A stretch of DNA of 44,140 bases from Promethearchaeota archaeon (GTDB taxonomy: Archaea > Asgardarchaeota > Lokiarchaeia > Sigyniarchaeales > SOKP01): positions 1 through 44,140 of the forward strand of contig JAEOTA010000067.1 in assembly GCA_016840085.1 (NCBI GenBank), read 5' to 3'. Of the stretch, positions 17,591 through 27,850 are shown one piece after another. Position 1 is the stretch's first letter. Each line of letters begins with the position of its first letter. The notes under the pieces are model-generated. The model did no database searches, was not told the origin of the DNA, and was given only the letters and a program-made list of their open reading frames with translations. Position numbers and translations under genes: made by a program.

Positions 17591-19738
17591 TTAAATTTTT
17601 TTTTTAGGTTTTAAATATCTTTTGAACAATATAAGAGAACCTATCGAGAAGGCACTTATAATTATCCATAAATCGTATCCAGAGATAATTTTATCCACTT
17701 TATCAATTTCTGAAATTTCAATTGAAACAACAACATTATTTGATAAAGTTTTACCTTTTTCGTTATCAGCAACAACAATATAATTATACTCGCCATCCAA
17801 TGATTCATTTATTAAAAATGGAGACATTGCTGTTTGATATGCAATCTCAGTAAGGCTGTTGTTTATTTCCGCAATATAACTGGTATATTTATATATCGAA
17901 TAATTATCTGCTCCAGAAGAATCTGTCCAACTTAAATTAAAAACGCCATCGGTGTCTGGATCATCAGCATCAGTTGTTAATACAAAATCTCCTGGAGGAG
18001 GGATTTGAACAGAAACGTTAATATTATTAGAGAATGTTTGACCAGTTTCATTATAAGCCACAATAGTGAAATAATATGCTCCTGTTCTCAATCCAGAAAT
18101 AGGAACTGTGGAATTTACATCTTGCTTAGCTATTAAAGTATGTTTTTTACTTACATATGTAATACTTTCATTAGACATATATAAAGAATAATTATCCACT
18201 CCAACAGAACTAGTCCAACTTATATCAAAAGCACCATCGGTATCGGGATCATCAGCATTACTTGATAATACAAAATCTCCAGGTAATTGATGAGAGTAAT
18301 CCGCAACTAGATTATTAATACCCCAATAAGGTATTGATAATGTACCTGTTGCGAGTATATCAGGATAAATTGAACCCCATGAAGGAAGCACTACTTTTTT
18401 TCCATCCATTTGCCACTGACAAAATAATGAAGTTCCAAATGGCCAACCCTCTTGTAAATCGTGAGAGTTTGTGAAAGCAAGTTTACCAGCAACCCCTATA
18501 AAAGGATTGGAGGTATTAATCTTTTCCAAATTTGCTACGATTGTATCAGGTTTGAAAGATTGAGTTTCAATAGACGCGTTTACTAACAGTCTAACAGCAT
18601 CATAAGATCCTGTTCCAATATAATAAGGCTCATTGCCATACTCTCCAATAAATTTATTCCAAAATGGTATTGTAAGGGTAGTTTTTGATGTATTGTGTAA
18701 ACCTTGCATCGTTATTTCGTATCGACAAGTTCCCGCAGTGTCGTCCCAATATGTATCAATTTGAGAAAGAACATTAATACCTGCAAGTAAGTACCGCGGT
18801 TGAATTAGTGCATATTGTTGGTTCATTATGATTCCAGGACCAGCAGGGGCTTGTCCTCCTGAAATAATTGGAATTACTATTTGAGCACCAGCAGAATCAA
18901 GAGAACTTAAATGAATACCCATTTCTGTCGCTGTTAGACCAACTGAAAATGCAATATCATCTACAATAGAGATGTTTGGATTTGAAGTTGGCAATAGTGT
19001 CTTTAAATCATTTGCGATTGGTATTGTCCATGGATAATCTTCACGAAGAATACCTATTTTAATTGTTGGAGCTTCATAAGTATTGTTTAAATAATCAGTA
19101 AGAGATAAATGATAATCTACTAATTCATTAGTAAGGGATGTACTATTAAGTGGCGATACCCTAAAGAAATATTTATATCTCGCATAATTAGTTAATACAT
19201 TTTGACTAAGACCATCAAATGAACACCCAGTACCAATAAAAGGTATTTTAGCGTCCATTATAACTTCTTGATAGGCAAGTATAGCTTCGGTACGAAAGCC
19301 ACCAGTAATAAAATAAGGATCATGATCGTTTATCATTATATTAGCTGCGGTTACCCCTTTTGACGTCTGCAGTATTGGATTTGCTTCCTCAGTATCTTCA
19401 GATACAAGACCTACATAAAATATGCTACTATTAATAAGAACTCCACCAGCTTCATTTATTTCTCTCGCTGCTAAAAGCGCTCCCTTCCAAGCGTGATCAC
19501 CTGAAATGTGGTTCATATCATCAAGAATTCCAATTTTAATTACTTGACTTAATGATATAGATCCAGATACTCCTGGAACCGTATAATTCCCTACTGTTAT
19601 GTCAGATAATTCTGGATTAGTACTTATAGCTTCATAGACATCTTTTTCCTTAAAAATCGCGTTGCTACATAGAAAAAGTATTGAAGATTGAAATATAAAT
19701 ATAAAAAGTAAAATTAACTGCTTATTTTTGTTTTTCAT
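17591..19738 (-). CDS. Surface-anchored LivK-type (PBP1) solute-binding protein with two FN3 domains and a C-terminal TM sorting anchor
   Basis: Ectodomain closely similar to the 14097 ORF; two FN3 repeats (ADDPDTDG.F.lSW); C-terminal IISGYDLWIIISAFSIGSLILF-KRYLKPKKKI; ATG at 19738 preferred over TTG at 19774. Confidence 0.85.
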   Translation of the reverse strand: MKNKNKQLILLFIFIFQSSILFLCSNAIFKEKDVYEAISTNPELSDITVGNYTVPGVSGSISLSQVIKIGILDDMNHISGDHAWKGALLAAREINEAGGVLINSSIFYVGLVSEDTEEANPILQTSKGVTAANIMINDHDPYFITGGFRTEAILAYQEVIMDAKIPFIGTGCSFDGLSQNVLTNYARYKYFFRVSPLNSTSLTNELVDYHLSLTDYLNNTYEAPTIKIGILREDYPWTIPIANDLKTLLPTSNPNISIVDDIAFSVGLTATEMGIHLSSLDSAGAQIVIPIISGGQAPAGPGIIMNQQYALIQPRYLLAGINVLSQIDTYWDDTAGTCRYEITMQGLHNTSKTTLTIPFWNKFIGEYGNEPYYIGTGSYDAVRLLVNASIETQSFKPDTIVANLEKINTSNPFIGVAGKLAFTNSHDLQEGWPFGTSLFCQWQMDGKKVVLPSWGSIYPDILATGTLSIPYWGINNLVADYSHQLPGDFVLSSNADDPDTDGAFDISWTSSVGVDNYSLYMSNESITYVSKKHTLIAKQDVNSTVPISGLRTGAYYFTIVAYNETGQTFSNNINVSVQIPPPGDFVLTTDADDPDTDGVFNLSWTDSSGADNYSIYKYTSYIAEINNSLTEIAYQTAMSPFLINESLDGEYNYIVVADNEKGKTLSNNVVVSIEISEIDKVDKIISGYDLWIIISAFSIGSLILFKRYLKPKKKI

Positions 19739-19913
19739 ATGATTTTTCACATTTAGTAAGGATTCAATTAACAAAGAATAGTTCTTGTATATTATGTTAT
19801 TAGGAATTAAAAATATTTAAAATATTTCTAAGAAATATTCAAATTTAAGTTGAAATCCAAAAAAAGAGTTATAACAAGAGAACAGAACTTTTTCTATTTA
19901 AAATTCAAAATCA

Positions 19914-22900
19914 TTAAAACCTAACCTCGCATCTATCAGAATCGCAGAATTTCTCGCCTATTGCTCTATCTCGTGTCTCATCTAAGTTGAATAGTTTAAG
20001 TTTGCTCATCATTATTTCATACTGCTCTTTAGTAATCTCCTCATAAGGTGCCTGTTTATACCCGTGTTCTTTTATTGGTAAGAAGCTCACACTCTTTAGC
20101 TTATCTTCATAACATTCAAGAACATGTTTGATTTGATTTGATTCCTCCTCTCTGAATGTGATTGTTATTGAAACTTGGTTATCAGACCAATATTTTTGAT
20201 ATGCTGCGGCATTTTCAGCTTGTTCCCAAATAGAGACTTCGTTTTTAGAGCGATCGAAATATTTCTCATGAATTGGGAACTCTGCAACTACAGTATTAGG
20301 CGAATATAAATCATCTTCAATCTTATAGCCAGCATTTTTTATAGGTTCAATTAAATCAGAATTTTTTGAGAGTCTGATTCGTCTTATATAATATTCTGAA
20401 TGAGGATAATGAATTCCAGGAGGAACACCTGGTAGAAGACTTACAGTCCCACTGGGTTTAACTGTGGTTATTTTTATAGATTTTGGAACACATAACCAAT
20501 CAGAATATGTTTCGTCTAACTCTCTTAGATAATTGTATCCTCGATCACTCCATTCTAGTATTGTTCTTCTTCCACGCTTTACAAAAGCTTCGATTATACC
20601 CGTCTGTGAAATTCCCATCCTTCGATTTTTTAACATAACAGCATTAGTTTCTTTCCAATGAGTATTGACTAATGTAACAGATTTTGAATATAAATAAGCA
20701 TACTTTAATGTATCTTGAAATTCTTCATAGGATTCATGTCTTGAGGGAAAAGTTTCAACGAGACAACAAAGTTCAAAGGATTCCAATGTCTGTTCTCCAC
20801 AATTCACAGTAAATATTATTTCTAATTTTGGTCTATCTGTTCTGGTTTTCTTTTCATTAAGTACTATTCCGTAATTGTGGTAGTTATCTACAGTGCCGTT
20901 ATACACATCTGCATTACCAATATAAACAACTGAAACAATTTTGTGGTTGCTGCATAACCCATTCGACATGAGTTGAGTAGCCATTTCACTGCGATATGGT
21001 TTTTTATGAAGTGAACGGACAGAAATCTTATTATTGGTATATCTTTTAGTAATCATATCTAGAATATATTGATAACCCCTGTAGATTCCTGCAGTTCTAA
21101 AATCATTAATACCATTTTTTTTGAGATATGTTAAAAAATCGTTTAATATAGGAATTTCATTATTATCACACACATATTCTTCAAATAATTCAACAAGTCG
21201 TTTTTGTGCAATTTTTCTTTGATTTTTACCTTTTTCTTTCATGGCTGCTCCTGCTTTTAAAGCAGAAATTTTGTTTGAGCAGGTCTGAGAACAGTAAGCT
21301 CTTTCCCTTTCTCTATACTTTACATGAAATTTAGCACCGCATAACTCACAGTATTTTACAAGCCAGATACCGTCATTAAAGATAAGCTCAAAATCACTTT
21401 CTTTTAATAGTTTAATATATTTTTTATATTCTCTCATTAATGCTGGATTTTCAAAGTGCTCAAATCCACTTTCAATGTTAGCTTTCTTAATTAGGTTGAC
21501 CAACTTTCCTCTAAATTCATCAAAGTTATGAATATATCCATGTTTTCTTGAATATTCACTCCAAGATGTAGTAGTTAAAGGAATTCCAGTTTTTTTGATT
21601 ACCGAAAGCATTTCTTTATATAATTCTTGATTTGTAAAACCAGAATATCGAGGATTATTTTCTCTTGCTGTTGCTTTAGACATTCTTTCATGATATTGCT
21701 TTTTTTCTTCTGAACTTGCATAGGGATACCAAAATCGCATGGGATTATTGTCTCCAGAAATATCATGGAGCGAATCATGTTTATCTTTTAGTAAAAGTTC
21801 GAGATTATAGATATTATTATTCAAACTATTATTATCCTTATGGTGAAGGACATATCCTGGTTCGATTTTAGTTTTATTTAATTTTTCATAAGTGAGCGTG
21901 TGTTCAAATATATTTTTTCTTCCATTATTTAATAACCAATATGGTGATTTCTTCTTATTATCTTCACTCATTATCTCTGACCAAGTAGTTTGCCACTTTG
22001 GTGTAACCATTATACTATCGTTGGATTTTAAGTCACTCGCAGATTTAAGTGAACCATTTTTCATTAAAAATTTATGATTACTGGTACATTTGATACTACT
22101 CCCGTCATCAAGATTTACTTCATATATTCTCTCGTTGAAACCTGTGATTCGAGGATTTCTCATCATGCTGATTGTTGTAATTCCTTTATCATTCTTACAA
22201 TAGACCGGGACATCTAAACCTTCCTCAGCTAATTGTTTAATAGAAATGGCGTTTCTTCCATCGACTACAGCAATTAGTGTATCACCTGTAATACAAGGAT
22301 TGACACCTGCTGCTTTTTTATCTTTATAGTTTGGTGGATCTCCCATCCTTCCATAATCTTTCGCATTTTCCAACCAAAAAACACCAGGTTCTCCATTTAC
22401 CGCAATTTGATTAGCTATAAACGAGTAGTCTAGACCTTTAACCGCAAAAACAGAATTATTACTTGCCCATCTATGGGAATATAGTGCTTCTTCATCTTGC
22501 TTACATGTGACAAAATCTAAATCTGTGGGATCACCTAAGGCGATTTCAGCTGAGCGTCTCACATTGCCGGCCACAACACATTTACCAATGTGATTCATGA
22601 TATCGACAATGTCAATAGAGGTAATTTTTTGTCCAATTTTTGCTTTTAAAATGGTTTGAATATCTTCCAACATACTTTTAAGTGGTCCTGGACCAGAAGC
22701 TATTCCTCCAAATCCTCTAATAGGCTCACCTGCGAGTCTAATCTCTGAAAAATCATAATTTGGCACCTGTTTCCCAAGGAAATATGCTTCCAATATTATT
22801 TTTAATGATTCAACCCACCCTTCTCTACTATCATGAATTTGGAAATCAAAATGACCTTCTTTAGGTTTTTTAATAGTTATCTTGTCTGCGCCTTTTGTAT

Positions 22901-23651
22901 CAAAACCCACTCCTACGCCAAGCATTAAAGCATCCATCACAAATTCAAATGCTTTTGAATATTTTAGGTTAATATCTTCGGTAGATGCGAAACCACAGTT
23001 GTTTAAAGACATAGAACCATGACGCGCAATAAATTCTGTTCCCATCATCCATAGTCCTCGACCTGGTGGTGAAAACTTGAAGTTCCAAATTTTATCAAAC
23101 ATGGTTTGAGCCGATTTTTGAGCTTTCTTATCACTCCAAGGAAGACTTAACTTCATACAATGCTCTTTTTGAATTGAATAACAACCTTCCACAACTCGCC
23201 TAATTGTTTCCCAAAAATCTTCTTTTCTGTTTTCACCTTCAATTATTCTAGCATATGTTCTTTTATATGTAATATATCCCAAAGGACCCCAGTCTGGTTG
23301 CTTTCCCTTATATTTGTTAATAAATTCTTCATCAAGTTTGAATCCAATACTTTCCAAATTAATAGCTCTCGCAAACAGATTTCTATATTTATTTAATCCG
23401 CGTTGAGTCAATTCAACACATACTAATTCCCTAATGTAATTTGTAGTAATTTCATCTATTCCAAGGCCAATTATTTTTCGAATGGCATCCTCAGCTACTT
23501 TCTCGGCAATGTGCATATCCAAGCCGGTTTCTTTGTTTAAAATTTTAGCTATGCTATTTTCATCGAACTTTTTCTTTTCACCTTTGGAATTAATGACATA
23601 CTTTGGATACAAATCTATTAACGAGAATGAATTATCAGTCATGTTACTCAT
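19914..23651 (-). CDS. nrdJ: Class II (adenosylcobalamin-dependent) ribonucleotide reductase, RTPR-like, with N-terminal ATP-cone and an intein
   Basis: VINSKGEKKKFDENSI (ATP cone), YKRTYAR, PPGRGLWMMG, LNNC, VVAGNVRRSA, NP|C..N|CGEQTL, TTVKPSGTVS, C-terminal CDSDRC. Confidence 0.93.
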   Translation of the reverse strand: MSNMTDNSFSLIDLYPKYVINSKGEKKKFDENSIAKILNKETGLDMHIAEKVAEDAIRKIIGLGIDEITTNYIRELVCVELTQRGLNKYRNLFARAINLESIGFKLDEEFINKYKGKQPDWGPLGYITYKRTYARIIEGENRKEDFWETIRRVVEGCYSIQKEHCMKLSLPWSDKKAQKSAQTMFDKIWNFKFSPPGRGLWMMGTEFIARHGSMSLNNCGFASTEDINLKYSKAFEFVMDALMLGVGVGFDTKGADKITIKKPKEGHFDFQIHDSREGWVESLKIILEAYFLGKQVPNYDFSEIRLAGEPIRGFGGIASGPGPLKSMLEDIQTILKAKIGQKITSIDIVDIMNHIGKCVVAGNVRRSAEIALGDPTDLDFVTCKQDEEALYSHRWASNNSVFAVKGLDYSFIANQIAVNGEPGVFWLENAKDYGRMGDPPNYKDKKAAGVNPCITGDTLIAVVDGRNAISIKQLAEEGLDVPVYCKNDKGITTISMMRNPRITGFNERIYEVNLDDGSSIKCTSNHKFLMKNGSLKSASDLKSNDSIMVTPKWQTTWSEIMSEDNKKKSPYWLLNNGRKNIFEHTLTYEKLNKTKIEPGYVLHHKDNNSLNNNIYNLELLLKDKHDSLHDISGDNNPMRFWYPYASSEEKKQYHERMSKATARENNPRYSGFTNQELYKEMLSVIKKTGIPLTTTSWSEYSRKHGYIHNFDEFRGKLVNLIKKANIESGFEHFENPALMREYKKYIKLLKESDFELIFNDGIWLVKYCELCGAKFHVKYRERERAYCSQTCSNKISALKAGAAMKEKGKNQRKIAQKRLVELFEEYVCDNNEIPILNDFLTYLKKNGINDFRTAGIYRGYQYILDMITKRYTNNKISVRSLHKKPYRSEMATQLMSNGLCSNHKIVSVVYIGNADVYNGTVDNYHNYGIVLNEKKTRTDRPKLEIIFTVNCGEQTLESFELCCLVETFPSRHESYEEFQDTLKYAYLYSKSVTLVNTHWKETNAVMLKNRRMGISQTGIIEAFVKRGRRTILEWSDRGYNYLRELDETYSDWLCVPKSIKITTVKPSGTVSLLPGVPPGIHYPHSEYYIRRIRLSKNSDLIEPIKNAGYKIEDDLYSPNTVVAEFPIHEKYFDRSKNEVSIWEQAENAAAYQKYWSDNQVSITITFREEESNQIKHVLECYEDKLKSVSFLPIKEHGYKQAPYEEITKEQYEIMMSKLKLFNLDETRDRAIGEKFCDSDRCEVRF
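20802..22295 (-). mobile_element. 498-aa intein with HNH homing endonuclease, inserted in the NrdJ NPCGE active-site motif
   Basis: Starts CITGDTLIAV (Cys453); block B IKCTSNHKFL; HNH HHKDNNSLNNNIYNLELL..HDSLH; Zn finger CELCG..YCSQTC; block F VYNGTVDNYHNY; ends IIFTVN before +1 Cys. Confidence 0.92.
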
Positions 23652-24173
23652 CTACTATTATGTGATATATTAATTTTTTGATTTTATCGGCTAAAATAAT
23701 TGTTTAATAATTTATAGTGCCTTAACCGTCCTATAAACGTATGATTTCTTTTAATTTAAAATTAATGTTTAATTTATATTAAGCTATTGATTAATCTCTT
23801 TAATTTTTGATTATTTATAGTTTGATAAATCTATGGAACATACACAAATTTGTAAATATATTTTTATTGGTTTTGTTTAATAGAATTTTGGCTAGTTTTT
23901 CGTCGAATTTATGTCGGTAATTCTTTATTAATTTAAATAATTAAATATTTTTAAACAAAAATTCTGATTGGAATTACTAATTTTTCAATTAATAAATCGA
24001 TAAAGATTTTTATTTCTTAGAGTTCAATAAAATCAATAGATAAATTGCAGATCTTTTTATCAATCTATTTTTTCCACTTATCCTATGATTTTTAATCTGA
24101 AAATTTTTAAATACTCAAAAGTATATAAAAAAGAAACTAATAGAAAAGCACAATAGAAAGAATTTTTTAATTT

Positions 24174-25064
24174 GTGATTAGAAAATTGGTAGTAAATAAT
24201 ACAGATCAACAACAAAACAGTCAAAATTCAGAGATAATTAAAGAAGAAATTAATTTACAATTTCATTGGTATATGCTAGCTTTTTTTATTATATATTTAG
24301 GGTCATTTTTGCTCCCTGGTGTTATTTTTATGAGTTATATAATGTTATTTTATTTACCCTATTTTTTAGAAACAAAAGATTTCATATTGCTTTTTACAGA
24401 ATTGCAACCCTTGCTCGCTTCGATTCTTATGCCCTTTATTATAGTAATCTGTTACTTAGTACATTTAATTTTAGTTGGATTAATTACGAGATGGTTATGG
24501 GGAATAACTGAGAAAAAATCTCCCTCTAAATCAGGTACTATCCCAAGAAATATCCCAAGTAAGACTTTAAATTATTATCATATTCGTAGTTTTATGATTA
24601 AATACCCGCGCAACGCAGTAAATCGAGGTCTCTTCCCTTGGTTAATTAAATGGCTTTATAATTTTGTTAAAACAAACAAAATAGGGAAAGGTACTATATT
24701 AGAAGAAAATATAGGGGCTGATAGATTTATACAAATAGGAGAAAATTCTTATTTTGGTCAGAAAGGAGCTATTAGCTCTCACGCGGTTGAAGGAATTTTT
24801 GGAAATATTTCGTATGAGAAAATAAAGATTGGAAATAATGTTACCGCCGCAACGTTTAATTGTATAGCTCCAGGAGTCAAAATTGGAAATAATTCAACAT
24901 TATTACCTATGACCGGAGCTACTAAACATAATATTTTGAAAGGAAATAATTATTATTTTGGTGCTCCGTTAAGAAAAATTTTTAAAAAAAGATTAATGGA
25001 ATATTTAAATATTACTGAAGAAGACTTAGAACGAGCAGAAAAGCTTTATAATAAACAAGAATAG
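24174..25064 (+). CDS. Membrane-bound left-handed beta-helix (hexapeptide) acyltransferase-like protein, type A
   Basis: Two N-terminal TMs, SPSKSGTIPRNIPS, IGKGT, IGENSYFG, ISSHAVEG, IGNNV, IAPGVKIG, YFGAP. Confidence 0.8.
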   Translation: MIRKLVVNNTDQQQNSQNSEIIKEEINLQFHWYMLAFFIIYLGSFLLPGVIFMSYIMLFYLPYFLETKDFILLFTELQPLLASILMPFIIVICYLVHLILVGLITRWLWGITEKKSPSKSGTIPRNIPSKTLNYYHIRSFMIKYPRNAVNRGLFPWLIKWLYNFVKTNKIGKGTILEENIGADRFIQIGENSYFGQKGAISSHAVEGIFGNISYEKIKIGNNVTAATFNCIAPGVKIGNNSTLLPMTGATKHNILKGNNYYFGAPLRKIFKKRLMEYLNITEEDLERAEKLYNKQE

Positions 25065-25115
25065 GAAGTAAAATTATAGTATAAAATCTAATAAATTGTA
25101 AAAAATCAAAAAACA

Positions 25116-26012
25116 ATGGAAAAAAATATTCAAATTGAAGAAGATGCTTTATCTGAGTTTAAAGCAGATTATACAATTGATTTTGTTACAAGTAGTGCAG
25201 TAAGTAAAATTAGTCTTAAATTTCTAATTTTTTACATACCTATTTTATGGTTTTCTGGTTACATGGCTGTTGCTGTTTTCTTTGATATTTCAAGTTTAAT
25301 AAATAATTGGATCATTACCATGTTACTCCTACCGATATGGTTATTTATGTTATATTTTATTTTTATTTTTGGAATAGCGATTTTTACAAAAGCATTTGTC
25401 CTTATAATTAATATGATACATAAACCGAGAGAAGGTGTGTTTAGAGCAGAAGAAGGGGATAAGGATTTTGAATTTTGGAGGCTCCGTGTAGAATTAAAAA
25501 AACTTGCAATATGGTTCATGAATAATGGCCCTTTACCTTGGATTGTAATGTGGGGTTTTCGTTGGTTTAATATTCATATTGACTTTACAAGCCATCTACA
25601 AGATGCGTGGGTTGATACAGATTTTATTAAATTTGGAAGAAAGGTAACTGTAGGGCAGGGAACTGTTGTAATGAGTTCAATGATTATTGGTAATTATTTA
25701 ATTATCAAGAAAATAGTTTTTGATGATTATACTGTTGTAGGGGGTGCATCAAATATCTCTCCTGGCACTATTATGGGAAAAGAATCAGTCTCAGGAGCTT
25801 TTTCCTATACTAATTACAACCAAAAATTAGATCCAGGTTGGATTTATATTGGACTACCAGCTCGAAAATATAAGCCAAATAAATATGCAGAAGAACGTAG
25901 AGATAGAATCTATAAACATGATGTAGATGAAGAAGTAAAATATGAAGTTACACAGGAAATAAATATTGATGAAGATAAAAAAAATCTTTTAAATAATAAT
26001 AAAGAGGTTTAG
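25116..26012 (+). CDS. Membrane-bound left-handed beta-helix acyltransferase-like protein, type B
   Basis: IDFVTSSAVS, two TMs, HKPREGVF..DFEFW, FGRKVTVGQG, ISPGTIMG, WIYIGLPA. Confidence 0.8.
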   Translation: MEKNIQIEEDALSEFKADYTIDFVTSSAVSKISLKFLIFYIPILWFSGYMAVAVFFDISSLINNWIITMLLLPIWLFMLYFIFIFGIAIFTKAFVLIINMIHKPREGVFRAEEGDKDFEFWRLRVELKKLAIWFMNNGPLPWIVMWGFRWFNIHIDFTSHLQDAWVDTDFIKFGRKVTVGQGTVVMSSMIIGNYLIIKKIVFDDYTVVGGASNISPGTIMGKESVSGAFSYTNYNQKLDPGWIYIGLPARKYKPNKYAEERRDRIYKHDVDEEVKYEVTQEINIDEDKKNLLNNNKEV

Positions 26013-26017
26013 TAGAG

Positions 26018-26869
26018 ATGTCAGTGCCTGCAAATATAAAAGCTGGACCGTTCACGACCCTTGTTTTATTAAAGAAAAGATACTTAATATTTTACATTTA
26101 TCTCATTTGGATAACTTTATTTACAATTCAATTCGAATTTTGGTTGTATTGGATTCTTCTTTATGATTGGAAATATATTCACTTCTTAATATTCCTTCCC
26201 CTTTTGATATTTGTAATGTATATCTCATCTGTTATAATCTCATTGATCTTTGCAAAAGTATTACTAATTATTGTAAACTTATTTCATAAACCTCGTGAAG
26301 GTGTGTTTTTAAGACATATTTCAGATAAGGATTATAGATATTGGTGTATTAGAAGTGTTATTAAAAAATGGCCACTATGGTTAGCGCATAAATTTCCTTT
26401 CCCTTTTCTAGATAATATATGTTTTAAAGCTTTTGGGGTAAAGACTAAATTTTCGAATTCGCTCTTTGAGGGATGGGTGGATACTGAATTTATTGAATTT
26501 GGAAAAAATGTGGTAATAGGGCAAGCAAGTGTTATTCAATCAGCAGTTATAATAGGTAATCTCTTAATTATACGAAAGACAATAATAGAAGAGAATGCTC
26601 GTGTAGGTGCACATTCAATTGTTATGCCTGGCAGTCATATTAGTAAAAATTGTATATTAGCAGGCACTTCTCTCACCACAATAGGGCAAAATTTAGAAGA
26701 GGGATGGATTTATTTAGGCTCTCCAGCAAAAAAGTTGAAAAGGAATTTATTTTTTGAAGATAATTTAGAAGAAATTTTAGATCGCCAAGATATTGATGAT
26801 GAAGTTTTACTCAAAAAATACGAGAGTCTCTACACTAAGAGGAAAGATAAAGAAATTAGCAAACAATAA
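26018..26869 (+). CDS. Membrane-bound left-handed beta-helix acyltransferase-like protein, type C
   Basis: MSVP..GPF, two TMs, HKPREGVF..DKDYRYW, HKFPFPFLDN, FGKNVVIGQ, VMPGSHI, WIYLGSPA. Confidence 0.8.
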   Translation: MSVPANIKAGPFTTLVLLKKRYLIFYIYLIWITLFTIQFEFWLYWILLYDWKYIHFLIFLPLLIFVMYISSVIISLIFAKVLLIIVNLFHKPREGVFLRHISDKDYRYWCIRSVIKKWPLWLAHKFPFPFLDNICFKAFGVKTKFSNSLFEGWVDTEFIEFGKNVVIGQASVIQSAVIIGNLLIIRKTIIEENARVGAHSIVMPGSHISKNCILAGTSLTTIGQNLEEGWIYLGSPAKKLKRNLFFEDNLEEILDRQDIDDEVLLKKYESLYTKRKDKEISKQ

Positions 26870-26950
26870 TTTGATAGTTTTTTTGGAAAAAACTATAATC
26901 TATTTTTTATTGGGAATAGTTTTAAAGAAAATAGCTTGAAAGGGAAAAAA

Positions 26951-27745
26951 ATGAAAATTGGTTATATTCAAACATCTCCAATTTTTGGAGAAAAGGAGAA
27001 AAATTTTAAAGAAATTGAAAAATTAACAAATGATCTGAAAGCAGATCTAATTGTATTACCTGAATTATTTGCAACAGGATATACATTTATTTCAAAGAAG
27101 GAAGTTGAATCTTTAGCAGAAGGTACTAATGAAGAAACCGCTCACTTTATGATTGATTTATCAAAAAAGACTAATTCTATAATCGTTGGAGGATTTATTG
27201 AGGCTGAAAATAACGAGATCTTCAATTCCGCGATGATTGTATCAAATTCAAAAGTATTGGGAACATATCGTAAAATTCATTTATATTATAAGGAAAAATT
27301 ATGGTTTTCGCCAGGAAATCAACCTCTTCGAATATTTAAAGTTAATGGAGTCAATATTGGGATAATAATTTGTTTTGATTGGATCTTTCCAGAAATTTCC
27401 CGAACATTAGCACTTCTTGGAGCAGATATAATAGCTCATCCCGCTAATTTAGTGCTTCCTTATTGTCAAAATGCTATGATTACTCGATCTATTGAGAATA
27501 GAATATTTACTGTAACTTCAAATAGAATTGGTGAAGAAAAAAGAGGTGTTGATGATTTTAAATTTACAGGAAAAAGCCAAATAACTTCATTTAAAGGAGA
27601 AATTTTATCTTCAGCTCCTAAGGATAAAATTTTTATAGACTTTGTAGATATAGATATCTCTAAGACCAGAGATAAAAAATTAAATGAATTTAATGATTTA
27701 TTTGAAGACCGACGAGAGAATTATTACTATAACATTCGAAATTAA
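26951..27745 (+). CDS. Carbon-nitrogen hydrolase (nitrilase superfamily amidase)
   Basis: E-K-C triad in LPELFATGY, YRKIHL and ICFDWIFPE; ATG at 26951. Confidence 0.92.
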   Translation: MKIGYIQTSPIFGEKEKNFKEIEKLTNDLKADLIVLPELFATGYTFISKKEVESLAEGTNEETAHFMIDLSKKTNSIIVGGFIEAENNEIFNSAMIVSNSKVLGTYRKIHLYYKEKLWFSPGNQPLRIFKVNGVNIGIIICFDWIFPEISRTLALLGADIIAHPANLVLPYCQNAMITRSIENRIFTVTSNRIGEEKRGVDDFKFTGKSQITSFKGEILSSAPKDKIFIDFVDIDISKTRDKKLNEFNDLFEDRRENYYYNIRN

Positions 27746-27850
27746 AAATAAAGAAAAAAGCGCTCTTCTGGTCATAAAAAGTGTAATGAAAGATAAACGA
27801 TTCAATCAAAATAAGTTATGATTAAATAGAATTTTGGATTAATTATATCT

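Noticed and set aside
14097-19774. Branched-chain amino acid ABC transporter operon
   Set aside because: No permease or ATPase genes are adjacent, and one binding protein is fused to TM-PCI-TIR
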